Below the pieces are notes generated by a model, which saw nothing but the letters and a program-made list of their open reading frames with translations, was not told where the DNA came from and ran no database searches. Position numbers and translations under genes: made by a program. DNA of 32,000 nt from Planctopirus limnophila DSM 3776 (GTDB lineage Bacteria; Planctomycetota; Planctomycetia; Planctomycetales; Planctomycetaceae), in NCBI RefSeq assembly GCF_000092105.1, contig NC_014148.1, positions 3,090,001 to 3,122,000 on the forward strand, read 5' to 3'. Below are positions 8,584 to 18,152 of the stretch, piece after piece. Position 1 is the first letter of the stretch, and each line of letters begins with the position of its first letter.

Positions 8584-9894
8584 TCACGGATGCTTCTCGG
8601 CGAAGCAATACAGAAATCGATCTGACCTGAGGAACAACTGGTTGTTGCTGATCGCCGGCGTGGCGTTGAAGTCACTTTGATCGGACGGCAACTTGTTCAA
8701 TGCCAGAATCTCGAACTTTTCTTTGGCCGAATAGACCAGGATACCGTCCCACCGGGTGGGAACATAGATCAGCCCCTGGGCGACAACAGGTGATGCATAG
8801 ACGGGCCGACCACCGGAGCTGAGATCTTCCAGACGCTCTCGATAAACCAGCTCACCATTTTTGGCATCCGCACAGAATGCCTGCCCGCGATCATCAATCC
8901 AGTAGAGTCGCCCCTCGTAAAGGACCGGTGTGGCGACATACGAACTGTTGCGGCTGGTCCATTTGATGACAGAAGAGGTGACGTCTCCCTGCCCGCCCGC
9001 CTTCAGGCACAAGCTCCCCGCCGATCGAAATCCACCAAAGATGAACACTTCATCGCCTTGAGAAAAGACGCTGGGACAGATATTGCCCGTGAGGTTGTGC
9101 TCGGCGTTCCAGCGCAAGCGGCCCGTATCAGGATTCAGGCCCCACACTTCACCCGGGACGGCAATCACCAGATCGCTGCGTTTATCATCGACAGTAATCA
9201 CTGAAGGGGTGCCGTAAGCCAGATTCAAGGCCGACGCGGTCTCATTCCAGAGGAGTTCCCCAGTCAGTTTATGGAGTGCGCGAATGGACTGGCTTTCTTC
9301 CGACGCATTCACGATGACAGCATCTTTGTAAAGAATCAGACTGGCACCTGAACCCCATCGGCGACTGCTGGACTCTTTGCCGACATTCGTCTGCCAGAGC
9401 TGTTTTCCCGAGAAGTCAAACGCAAGCACCCCGCTTTTGCCAAAGAAGCAATAGACCCGTTCACCATCGGTGACAGGTGTATTGCTCGCATAGCCGTGAT
9501 CGGTGAGATAGCCCTGATATTTATCCTCAGGTTGCTCTCCCGCGATGGTTTTCGTCCAGAGCACGTGGCCACTTTCGCAGTCCACGCAAACGAGATGTCT
9601 TTGCAGCGAATTGATATCTCCCTCTTCCGATTTCGATTGTCCGTAGCCGGAGTAGCAGGTGACGAAGACCTTTTTCCCAAAGACAACAGGGCTCGAAGAA
9701 CCGGCACCCGGAAGTGCCACTTTCCACAAGAGGTTTTCGTTTTCACCAAAGCGGATGGGGAGCTTGGATTGAGTGCTCACACCGCTCGCTCCGGCACCGC
9801 GGAATTGAGCCCAGTCTGCGGCGGTCGCTGATGAAATGGTGCACATGAGTGCCAAGAAGAGAAGCGTACCATGACAGCTGCGGCGAATTCGCAT
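8584..9894 (-). CDS. Secreted PQQ-like beta-propeller repeat protein (BamB-like fold)
   Basis: ORF 8584..9999. Preferred ATG at 9894 is preceded by AAGGAG with a 6-nt spacer. It gives the signal peptide MRIRRSCHGTLLFLALMCTISSATA followed by ADWAQFRG. Repeated blade motifs are VCVDCESGHVLW, RALHKLTGELLW, WGLNPDTGRLRW and FCADAKNGELVY. Confidence 0.8.
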   Translation of the reverse strand: MRIRRSCHGTLLFLALMCTISSATAADWAQFRGAGASGVSTQSKLPIRFGENENLLWKVALPGAGSSSPVVFGKKVFVTCYSGYGQSKSEEGDINSLQRHLVCVDCESGHVLWTKTIAGEQPEDKYQGYLTDHGYASNTPVTDGERVYCFFGKSGVLAFDFSGKQLWQTNVGKESSSRRWGSGASLILYKDAVIVNASEESQSIRALHKLTGELLWNETASALNLAYGTPSVITVDDKRSDLVIAVPGEVWGLNPDTGRLRWNAEHNLTGNICPSVFSQGDEVFIFGGFRSAGSLCLKAGGQGDVTSSVIKWTSRNSSYVATPVLYEGRLYWIDDRGQAFCADAKNGELVYRERLEDLSSGGRPVYASPVVAQGLIYVPTRWDGILVYSAKEKFEILALNKLPSDQSDFNATPAISNNQLFLRSDRFLYCFAEKHP

Positions 9895-10235
9895 TTTGTG
9901 CTCCTTGAGCGGGAGATCGGAATCTGAAGATTCAGTCAATGGATGCCAGCATCGTACCCATTCCAGAAATCCATGGCGCGTGGAGAGTTTATCGAGCATG
10001 CCTGGGATGCATTCGTGCTGGTGAACTCGATTGACCGGGGAGCGTATGAAGACATCCGGCCCCTCGCACGCCGAGAAAGACCACGCCCTTCCGCACTGTT
10101 TTGATTTTTAGGGGCTTCAGGGCGTGCCACCCGAGGTCGTGCCACGCAGAATCGTGATACCCAAGGCTGGCTGACAACAGGTTGAAAGACTGAGCAGGCT
10201 TTTGAGCTGTTCGTCGCAAACCTTTAATCGTTGTA

Positions 10236-11432
10236 TCATTCCACCACTCGAAAGGCATCGTTGCGTTTATAGGCGAGAGGATTTCGGTTACCGCCAAATT
10301 CGACATGAACATCGAGCATAACATCGACAGCAGCGTCGTCAGGGATGGTGAGATCGGCGGTCACGAGATTCCCTTGACGTGTGATCTTTGCCGCTTCATA
10401 CGGGCCCACTTGAATCCATGAAGGAGTACCGTCCGGGATCCGGCGGCGGGCGTTTTCGGGCTTCAGAACCAACTGGATCTGATGTGTTTTCCCTCGCGAA
10501 GCAGTTCCTGGCCTGACAGAAACAACGACATCCTCCATGCGAGTTCCTGGTTGAGTATTGTCTTCGATGGCCCCCTGCTGCGGCCGCCTGAGGTCACGGC
10601 TGTTGCTGGTTTCCACCACACCGGCATATCCCCCCAGGATGTAAGGGAAGCGTCCTGGTGTCACATGATAGTGGTATCCGCGAAGCTCATCGGTATGACC
10701 ATTGCAGACATCGAGTGCCTGCTGGCCCTGGAGATCCATCGCCTTCACTCCGGCAGATTCGAACGGGCCATAGACCGGGAAGCCATCCCACGCAAAACCA
10801 ATGATCGGTGAATGCTGCTTTCCATTTTCACGGAAAGGGCTTTTTACGCATGTGGGATATTTATGATAGTGGTAAACACCCGTTTGCTGAGGGTGGCCAC
10901 AACACGAATCGAGCCATACCTCCGAATATCCGGCCACAGCATTCTGGCCTTCCATTTCGAAGGGGTTAAAAAAGACGACGCCATTGAGCGCCATGCCAAT
11001 GGGGCCACGCGGCAAGCGAGTGATGCTCTTAGCCAGTTGGGGCCGGAGAGGCAGGCGGAACTTGAACGATTGGACTCGGATCGAGTTCGGGTTGCCTGAA
11101 TTCGGGAAGATCGCTGTGGGATGATTGGGATATCCCTGGCTCTCGATGATCAGAAATTTTTCGTCGTGGCTCAGGCGAAGATTATCGATGCCATCCTGAT
11201 TGGAATCTTTCGTGTGATAGGAAAACAAGTCCACAAATTGCTCACCATCACGATAGAAATAGATGGGCCTGTCGGAACTTGCCTTATCAGATTTGGGAGT
11301 GGTTTTGAGAAACCAGTGACCACCAATGGGCTGGAGATCGGTCGGCAGTTCACTCGCTGAGGTATCAGCAGCAGCGGCAAACCAGCCTGTTAGACCGACA
11401 AAGATCATCATGGTGTGAAGAGATCGCAACAT
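10236..11432 (-). CDS. Secreted YHYH-domain protein
   Basis: ORF 10236..11555. Likely start at ATG 11432 (MLRSLHTMMIFVGLTGWFAAAADT signal peptide) or 11456. Two YHYH motifs sit in conserved context: CCGHPQQTGVYHYHKYP and CNGHTDELRGYHYHVTPG. The C-terminal ~100 aa looks like a separate beta-rich domain. Confidence 0.75.
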   Translation of the reverse strand: MLRSLHTMMIFVGLTGWFAAAADTSASELPTDLQPIGGHWFLKTTPKSDKASSDRPIYFYRDGEQFVDLFSYHTKDSNQDGIDNLRLSHDEKFLIIESQGYPNHPTAIFPNSGNPNSIRVQSFKFRLPLRPQLAKSITRLPRGPIGMALNGVVFFNPFEMEGQNAVAGYSEVWLDSCCGHPQQTGVYHYHKYPTCVKSPFRENGKQHSPIIGFAWDGFPVYGPFESAGVKAMDLQGQQALDVCNGHTDELRGYHYHVTPGRFPYILGGYAGVVETSNSRDLRRPQQGAIEDNTQPGTRMEDVVVSVRPGTASRGKTHQIQLVLKPENARRRIPDGTPSWIQVGPYEAAKITRQGNLVTADLTIPDDAAVDVMLDVHVEFGGNRNPLAYKRNDAFRVVE

Positions 11433-11570
11433 GCGAGAAACCCCTGTAAGAAACATGGTGGAGTCGGTGTGCACGATGTGCCATTTTTCCAAACTGCTCG
11501 GACTGAAGTCATCAGCATACCTGGTACAACCTGAAGGCTGCATGAAGCCCCGCACCGTGATTCGTTCCGG

Positions 11571-12983
11571 TTAACTGGAAGACTCGATGATTTTCTGCAA
11601 CTCCTTCTGAAGTTGGAGGGCTCGTTCGGGATGCTTCGATGCGAGGTTGCGACTTTCGCCAGGATCGTCTTCGAGATGGTAGAGTTCAATACGGTCTGTT
11701 TCGAGAAAATGAATCAGCTTCCAGGGGCCTTGTCGAATGGCGGCTGAGGGTTTGTGGCCTGAGCCGTGCGTATGAGGGTAATACCAGACGAGAGTTCGTT
11801 CGCTCTCTGGCAAACTTGACGACTTCGTGAGCAAACCGGCGAGTGAGATTCCATCGACATGCTGAGTGGGCCTGGGTGGTATCTGGCACAGGCTTAAAAG
11901 TGTCGGATAAATATCACAAGTGTAAGCTGGGATATCGAGCACCTGAGGCGAGATCTTCCCGGGCCAGGAAATGTACGTGGGGATGCGAATGCCCCCTTCA
12001 TAAGTCCAGCCTTTGCCGGCTCGTAAAGGAAGATTGCAGGTCGGCCCTGGCGATTTACCATTTAACGTACACAGACCGCCATTATCTGAAGTGAAGACGA
12101 CAATCGTCTGATCCAGAATTCCTTGAGTTTTGAGCTCATCGAGCAGACGGCCCACCTGCGTATCGAGATTCTCGACCATGGCTGCGTATGCGGGATGATC
12201 CTGCTGGCTGCGAGAGATGGCCGAACCTTCTTGAATCCCCTCGCCTGGAGATTTTGGATTCTTCTGTGTGGCCAATTTGACCTGATACTTTTCGACCAGA
12301 TTTTTAGGTGGCTGAATGGGTGTATGGACTGCGTAATGAGCTAAACACAGAAAGAACGGACGTGTGCGATCGCGCTGCTGCAGATGCTCAATGGCACTGG
12401 AGGTCAAGACATCGGTCAGGTAGTCCTCTGGCTGGCATTTTTCAAAATCGGGGACGTTATTCGGCGCATCGGGTTTCTGGGGATTTTTGTACGGGAAATA
12501 ATAGCTGGAGGGCTGGCCACCGTGATTGACGCCTTTCGTCCAATCGAAGCCTCGGGCTGCAGGATGCTGTTGTGGTTTGTGCCCGAGGTGCCATTTGCCA
12601 AGGTACGCGGTGTGATAGCCAGCTTCCTGAAAAGCCTGCCCGATGGTGACTTCGGATTGCGGCAGAGCGACGTCGCTCTCGGGGCGAATCCAGTCGGTAA
12701 TGCCCAAACGCTGAGGCATTTTTCCAGTCATCAAAGCGGCCCGAGTTGGCGAGCAGACAGGATGTGCCGAGTAAAACTGTGTAAAGCGTGCCCCGGATTT
12801 TGCGAGAGCATCGATGCGTGGTGTTTCGTAAAACGAGGAGCCCTCAATGCCAATGTCGGTTTTGCCGAGATCGTCGATGAAGATCAGCAGGACATTGGGT
12901 TTGTCCGCCATTTCCTTCGCTTCAACCGGGAAGAACGGCGCGCCCATAAACAACAACAGCGCAAAGTAAATCGGATATCGCAT
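11571..12983 (-). CDS. Secreted S1-family sulfatase (470 aa)
   Basis: Signal peptide MRYPIYFALLLFMGAPFFPVEA. Motifs NVLLIFIDDLG, VCSPTRAALMTGK (C-x-P-x-R), GKWHLG and FTSDNGG. Confidence 0.9.
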   Translation of the reverse strand: MRYPIYFALLLFMGAPFFPVEAKEMADKPNVLLIFIDDLGKTDIGIEGSSFYETPRIDALAKSGARFTQFYSAHPVCSPTRAALMTGKMPQRLGITDWIRPESDVALPQSEVTIGQAFQEAGYHTAYLGKWHLGHKPQQHPAARGFDWTKGVNHGGQPSSYYFPYKNPQKPDAPNNVPDFEKCQPEDYLTDVLTSSAIEHLQQRDRTRPFFLCLAHYAVHTPIQPPKNLVEKYQVKLATQKNPKSPGEGIQEGSAISRSQQDHPAYAAMVENLDTQVGRLLDELKTQGILDQTIVVFTSDNGGLCTLNGKSPGPTCNLPLRAGKGWTYEGGIRIPTYISWPGKISPQVLDIPAYTCDIYPTLLSLCQIPPRPTQHVDGISLAGLLTKSSSLPESERTLVWYYPHTHGSGHKPSAAIRQGPWKLIHFLETDRIELYHLEDDPGESRNLASKHPERALQLQKELQKIIESSS

Positions 12984-13127
12984 CGTTCACTTCAATGATT
13001 GAGTCAGGTGGTGGCAATCGACGCTTGGGCAGCTATCAGAATCATTCATAGTGACAAAGCCAAGAGATTGTGCAAGACTCGCAAGTGGGCGTTGAAATAT
13101 GGATTGTGGCCATCGTCTGAGAAGAGC

Positions 13128-13670
13128 ATGCCATTCACACCTTTTCATATGGGGCCGGGTCTATTGTGGAAGGGGCTTCAGCCTGCGGGGCTTTCGCTGA
13201 TCACCTTTGGCCTGGCACAGGTGTTGATTGATCTTGAGCCACTGTATGTCCTCAAAACCGGAAAAGATTTTCTCGGTGTGCCGGGCCATCTGCATGGCAT
13301 CTCGCACACGCTATTGGGAGCCACTGTCATTGGTGTGCTGGCCGGTGCGTTCGGGAGGCCGCTGACACATCTGGGACTCCGTCTCCTCGGGCAGTCGCAA
13401 TTCATCCCTGTGCGGTGGAACGTGATCTGGTGGAGTGCGTTCTTTGGCACCTACAGCCATCTCCTGCTGGACGCTGTGATGCACCGGGATGTGGAACCGT
13501 TTGTGCCGATCAGCCGATGGAACCCTTTTGTGGGGCTGGTAGATGTGGGCACGCTTCACTGGTTCTGCATCATCACGGCGCTAGCGGGGATGCTGCTTTA
13601 CGTTGGTCGATGGATGATCAGAACGGCCTTGCCGAGAGCAAAGGTGGGTGAGACTCGCCCACTTCTGTGA
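13128..13670 (+). CDS. Integral-membrane metal-dependent hydrolase-like protein (YdjM/DUF457-like)
   Basis: ORF 12999..13670 starts at TTG. I prefer ATG 13128, giving MPFTPFHMGPGLL. There are several hydrophobic helices and His-rich motifs (PFH, HLHGISHTLLG, YSHLLLDAVMH) like membrane-bound metal-dependent hydrolases. The family name is from memory and only moderately certain. Confidence 0.55.
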   Translation: MPFTPFHMGPGLLWKGLQPAGLSLITFGLAQVLIDLEPLYVLKTGKDFLGVPGHLHGISHTLLGATVIGVLAGAFGRPLTHLGLRLLGQSQFIPVRWNVIWWSAFFGTYSHLLLDAVMHRDVEPFVPISRWNPFVGLVDVGTLHWFCIITALAGMLLYVGRWMIRTALPRAKVGETRPLL

Positions 13671-13685
13671 GTTGCCTGATCAAGC

Positions 13686-13702
13686 CAATGACGTGGTCAT
13701 TG
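13686..13702. terminator. Small hairpin between convergent genes
   Basis: CAATGAC GTG GTCATTG (7-bp stem, 3-nt loop) fills the 32-nt gap between the stop at 13670 (+) and the stop at 13703 (-). No clear U-tract on either side. Confidence 0.3.
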
Positions 13703-15193
13703 CTAACTCAGCTCAATCTCAAACTCGGGTCTGGCCTGGGGATCGATCTGGCGGGCGGCACGTAACCCGGATTCAATCGCTCCTTCGACCCAGCCCGATT
13801 TGAGCGTGGTGAAATCGCCGGCGAAGTGGAGTCGGCCTTCGGGGATCTGCCATTCCTGAATCATCCAGCCAGCCCCCAGTGGCAGGTTGGCAAAAGCGGC
13901 TTTGATCCACGGTTGATCGGGCCAGGAAAATTCACCCACGGTCACAACCTCGTCGATGAGGCCGGGCAGGTCGGCCCGAAACTGATTGACAACTTCCATG
14001 GCGCGGGTTTCTTTCGGGCGTTTGAGGAAGTTCTCGGCATTCTTGCCAGTGAGGTAAAAGAAGATGTTGCCATAACCTCCCGGCTCGTTGCCCGTGATAT
14101 CAATCACGCGTTCCCAGGGACGATCGGAGGCGGCCATCGGCCAGCCATGCACGCCATTTTTAAGCCACAATGGTGTGCGAGTCTGAACATAAACTTTCAC
14201 GACGGGCGACCACTCCAGTTGATCGACGAGAGCCTGCTTTCTGGGTAAGAGGCGGGGTGTGATTTCCATCTCCCGTAAAATGGTAAACGGGATGGTGCTG
14301 ATCACGGAATCGGCTGTCCATGTGCGGCCGTCTTTGGTCACGACTGAAATCTCGTTAGCCGTTTGCCGGATCGAGACGGCTGGTACTCCCAGATGAACCC
14401 GGTTCCCCAAAACCTGTGCCATGGCTTGAGGTAGACGCTCGTTGCCACCGGCAATGCGAAAGAGATTTCGATCGGCAAAGTGATAGGCAAAATCTGGCAA
14501 AAGTGCGAGGACGGCAGTATCGACTGTCGCTTCGGCGGCGTAGGCATCGATCAGACGAATCAAAGCTTCCGATGCTCCCGTCGATTGCAGCAGACTTTTG
14601 AGAGTCAGAGGGTCAAGTTGCTTAAGAACCTGTGGATTGGGCCAATGTGGTTCGAGAACGGTATTGAGATTGATGCCGACTTTGACCAAGGCATTGGCAA
14701 GCAATGAGGGGAGAGAGACGTTGCGTTCGCCCGGTTGAAGCTCCCACGGCCAGGGCTGCATGAGATTGGCGTCACCGATCTGCCCGGCGACATGGAACCT
14801 GGGGCAGCCGTCATTCATGGCAATGAGTGGTAAGCGAAACCTGCTGATGTAGCCACAAACGAGGGGCATGTTGGTGCGGAAGTGACCACCGCCCCCTTCG
14901 GTTGTCTGTCCATTTTTGAGTGGGACGGAGATCAGCCTGCCGCCAATTCGATTCTGGTACTCAAGAACCTGGACATCGTGGCCCCGTCGGTGGAGTGCCA
15001 GTGCGGCTGTCAGGCCCGACATTCCGGCACCGAGGACCAGAACACGGCTGGGCTTTGAACTCGATGCCAAGTTGCTGGCGGCCAGAGCCTGAGAGGAACC
15101 GGGTTGAGTCGCGACGGCTCCGACGCCACCCACAAGACCAGCCTGAGCCAGAAAACGACGCCGATTGAGCTGATTCGCGCGTGTCCGTTCCAA
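13703..15193 (-). CDS. Tat-exported FAD-dependent amine oxidase (flavin monoamine oxidase family)
   Basis: TTG start at 15193. Twin-arginine signal QLNRRRFLAQAGLVGGVGAVA...SQALA. Dinucleotide-binding fold RVLVLGAGMSGLTAALALHRRGHDVQVLEYQNRIGGR. C-terminal LHFAGDFT...GWVEGAIESG is typical of flavin amine oxidases. Confidence 0.85.
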   Translation of the reverse strand: MERTRANQLNRRRFLAQAGLVGGVGAVATQPGSSQALAASNLASSSKPSRVLVLGAGMSGLTAALALHRRGHDVQVLEYQNRIGGRLISVPLKNGQTTEGGGGHFRTNMPLVCGYISRFRLPLIAMNDGCPRFHVAGQIGDANLMQPWPWELQPGERNVSLPSLLANALVKVGINLNTVLEPHWPNPQVLKQLDPLTLKSLLQSTGASEALIRLIDAYAAEATVDTAVLALLPDFAYHFADRNLFRIAGGNERLPQAMAQVLGNRVHLGVPAVSIRQTANEISVVTKDGRTWTADSVISTIPFTILREMEITPRLLPRKQALVDQLEWSPVVKVYVQTRTPLWLKNGVHGWPMAASDRPWERVIDITGNEPGGYGNIFFYLTGKNAENFLKRPKETRAMEVVNQFRADLPGLIDEVVTVGEFSWPDQPWIKAAFANLPLGAGWMIQEWQIPEGRLHFAGDFTTLKSGWVEGAIESGLRAARQIDPQARPEFEIELS

Positions 15194-15469
15194 AGCTGGC
15201 CCGCCTGTCTATTCGAGAATGGTGAAATGGTCGGTTGAGCGCTCCTGGAGCATTGGGAAATGCCCCATCTGTCCAGTTCGGCATGTCGAACTGGAATCTT
15301 CACCGCGAATCGAGGCCTCGTCAGTACGTGACAAACCCGTAAGGTTGCTCAGTGGTGGAAGTGAACTGGGCGAAAGAATCGGACGGGTTGAGGGTTTCAA
15401 CTCAGCCCAAAAACTTCCCTGCCGAAAAACTTCTCTTGTATACGGAAACTATTGAAGCTGCCTGATGGG

Positions 15470-16936
15470 TTACTTCCCTTTTCTGGCTGTTGGCTGCCAG
15501 TTTGCGGGCCAATCGGCAGATTCGGTGCGGGCGGTGGCGAGATAGGCCGAGATTTTTGCTGCGATTTCGGGATGCTCTGCAGCGACGTTGGTTTTTTCAG
15601 CGGGATCGTGCTGTTGATCGTACAGACGCAGGGGTTGATCCGGGCCACCTTGTCGAATTCCTTTCCAGCGACCTTGATAGAGAGCCGCCTGGCGGAAGCC
15701 TCCTTCATGGAACTCCCAATAAAGAAATTCGTGCGACTGCTGCTTTTCAGGCTGGCGGAGGAGCGTGGGAACCAGACTGATGGAATCACAGTTTGGTGGT
15801 ATGGATGTGCCCGCCAGGTCGGCGGCAGTCGCCATCCAATCGCCAAAATAGCCGACGTGGCCACTGGTGGAATCGGGAGAAATTTTTCCCGGCCACCACG
15901 CAATGAAAGGGACACGAATCCCACCATCCGTCAGGCTGCGTTTGATACCGCTGTATGGGCCGCTGGGCTGGAAGCGGCTCAGGTTGTGATTGCTTTCGTT
16001 ATGCGGGCCATTATCGCTGGTGAAGATGACCAATGTGTTCTCAGCGAGGTCGTTCTCCTTAAGAACCTTGAGAAGGCGGCCCACATAGCTATCCATCCGG
16101 GTGATCATGGCGGCATGGCCTTGATCGGCGGCTGGCCACTCCTGTCTGGCGTAGTCACCAAGATCGGGGACCTCCGTGCCATTTTTCAATGCGCCGTTAC
16201 GTTCGTTGTTGGCGTGGGGAACCACCATGCTCCAGTAGAGAAAAAATGGCTTCTCCCGATGATTTTCCACATAACGGACGGCTTCATCAGCGAAGAGATC
16301 ATCACTAAAGGCGAGAGGCTCTGTCGCATATCCCCCACCCTTCTGACCCACGGGAACAACCTTGTTGGGCAAGGTGACGCGTGATTCATTTCTCCAGAGA
16401 AAATCGGGGTAATGATTGTGGGCATGCACCTGATTGAGATATCCGTAGAACTCATCAAAGCCTTGTTTTGCGGGAATTCCGGTCGAGGCTGCCCCTTGAT
16501 CGCCGAGCCCCCATTTGCCTACGAGTGCCGTGTGATAGCCCGCCTGCTGAAGCATTTTGGCCACGGTGATATCGTGCTCTCGCAGGGCCTGGGCGGCTGG
16601 GTTTTTGTCTCCCGCATTGCCGCGGACACGGGTGTGTCCGTGGTGCTGGCCAGTCATGAGCACACTGCGAGATGGGGCACAGACAGTCGCACCGGCATAG
16701 AACTGCGTGAAGCGCATCCCTTCCCGCGCCATCTGATCGATGTGAGGCGTGGCAATGACTTTCTGCCCATAGCAGCCGAGTTCGCCATATCCGAGATCAT
16801 CGGCCATGATCCAGATGAGATTGGGTGGGCGTTTGCTGCCCGCTTTGGCCACTAGTTCCTGGGCATGCACCGGCTGCCTAAGGAAGATGAAGATCATCAA
16901 CGCCAGTAAAAATGCGAAATTCTTGGGGTTGGGCAT
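15470..16936 (-). CDS. Secreted S1-family sulfatase (488 aa)
   Basis: ORF 15470..17029. Preferred ATG at 16936 (GGAG upstream) gives MPNPKNFAFLLALMIFIFLRQPVHAQE. Motifs NLIWIMADDLGYGE, VCAPSRSVLMTGQH (C-x-P-x-R), GKWGLGD and FTSDNGP. Confidence 0.9.
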   Translation of the reverse strand: MPNPKNFAFLLALMIFIFLRQPVHAQELVAKAGSKRPPNLIWIMADDLGYGELGCYGQKVIATPHIDQMAREGMRFTQFYAGATVCAPSRSVLMTGQHHGHTRVRGNAGDKNPAAQALREHDITVAKMLQQAGYHTALVGKWGLGDQGAASTGIPAKQGFDEFYGYLNQVHAHNHYPDFLWRNESRVTLPNKVVPVGQKGGGYATEPLAFSDDLFADEAVRYVENHREKPFFLYWSMVVPHANNERNGALKNGTEVPDLGDYARQEWPAADQGHAAMITRMDSYVGRLLKVLKENDLAENTLVIFTSDNGPHNESNHNLSRFQPSGPYSGIKRSLTDGGIRVPFIAWWPGKISPDSTSGHVGYFGDWMATAADLAGTSIPPNCDSISLVPTLLRQPEKQQSHEFLYWEFHEGGFRQAALYQGRWKGIRQGGPDQPLRLYDQQHDPAEKTNVAAEHPEIAAKISAYLATARTESADWPANWQPTARKGK

Positions 16937-17151
16937 CAGAGTACTCCGGGAGTTCAGCAGTGGATCGGCATGGATTTGAGATTTGTTTTTTCTGGTAGAG
17001 AGTACATCATTTTCAGCGGGGATGGACAACCGGCAATTGAGCTGGAGAAAAAGAGCCTCACATTGTGCCAGTGGAAAGTCGGGTGCTGTGGTATGATCGC
17101 GATTTATGACAGAGAAGTTTCTGGTTGAGATTGTGACGACGGGGATGGATC

Positions 17152-18045
17152 ATGGGACTTTACCGCGAGATCAGGCGAGCGGTACGGCTGACAATTCGAC
17201 ATCTGCCGCTGATTGGTCATCGCTCGAATTCCTCTCATCCGCAGCCAAAATCGAAGCGGCCGCGAATTTACGAATGGATGCTGTTCTATCCCGTGAAGTA
17301 TCCGGTAGGCCGCTGGAATCCGCCGGGGCTCGTCAAGCAGGATGTGTGGATTGAATCGAAAGATGGTACGAAGCTGCACGCGTGGTACTGCCCCTGTGAG
17401 AACCCGCGAGCGGTGATTCTGATTACGCATGGGAATGCGGGAAACATTGCTTATCGCACGGAATGGCTGACGATTCTGCAGCAGCAGTTTCGAGTGACCA
17501 CGCTGATGATTGATTATCGTGGATATGGCCGCAGTGAAGGTGTGCCGACCATTGAAGGTGTGATTGAAGACAGTCAAGCGGCCCGCACGCGAGTGGCGGA
17601 ACTGGCTGGTGTGAATGAAGCCGATGTGGTGCTGATGGGTGAGTCTCTGGGTGGTGCGATTGCGATTCAACTGGCACGCATGATCACTCCGCGGGCGTTG
17701 ATTGTGCAGAGTTCATTTCGCTCGTTACAGAATGTGGCCTGGCAAAATTATGGCCCACTGGCCTGGGTGATCCCGGCATCGAAACTCAACTCCTGGCGAG
17801 CGATTGGCGAGATTCACTGCCCGATCCTGATCAGCCATGGAGCTCAGGATCGACTGATTCGCTGGAAATCGATCCGGAAGCTGGTAGCGAAAGCTCACGC
17901 TCAAGCCCGGTTTATTCTGCTGGACGAAGTGGGACATAACGACTGGATCACGGCACGTTATCTGGCAACTTTGGAAGAGTTTTTCAGTGCTCTTGAAAGG
18001 ACCGGAGCCAAACCTGCTCCCAGTTCTTACGCGGATGCACTGTGA
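17152..18045 (+). CDS. Alpha/beta-fold hydrolase (ABHD13/Bem46-like serine hydrolase)
   Basis: HGNAGNI...IDYRGYGRSEG, nucleophile elbow VLMGESLGGAIA (G-x-S-x-G), then ISHGAQDRLI (Asp) and LDEVGHNDW (His). Divergent from the sulfatase at 16936. Confidence 0.85.
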   Translation: MGLYREIRRAVRLTIRHLPLIGHRSNSSHPQPKSKRPRIYEWMLFYPVKYPVGRWNPPGLVKQDVWIESKDGTKLHAWYCPCENPRAVILITHGNAGNIAYRTEWLTILQQQFRVTTLMIDYRGYGRSEGVPTIEGVIEDSQAARTRVAELAGVNEADVVLMGESLGGAIAIQLARMITPRALIVQSSFRSLQNVAWQNYGPLAWVIPASKLNSWRAIGEIHCPILISHGAQDRLIRWKSIRKLVAKAHAQARFILLDEVGHNDWITARYLATLEEFFSALERTGAKPAPSSYADAL

Positions 18046-18152
18046 TATCTTCTGGACAGGGATATCTTCTGGAAAGAGATATTTACTAGACAGAGTGAGT
18101 TCGTCGATTTGACTGTAATGATCATGACAAATAGCCCCCCAAGAGGAATTCA

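Noticed and set aside
15409-15440. AAAAACTTC repeated at a 16-nt spacing (15409 and 15425) just downstream of the sulfatase stop, echoing the 16-nt period of the other arrays.
   Set aside because: There are only two copies of a 9-mer and no unit-wide similarity, so I cannot separate it from chance.
18043-18072. Direct repeat GATATCTTCTGGA x2 (17-nt spacing) between the hydrolase stop and the DUF1080 start.
   Set aside because: It is a real duplication but short, with two copies only and no associated structure or known motif. It is probably slippage in an intergenic spacer and is noted only for completeness.
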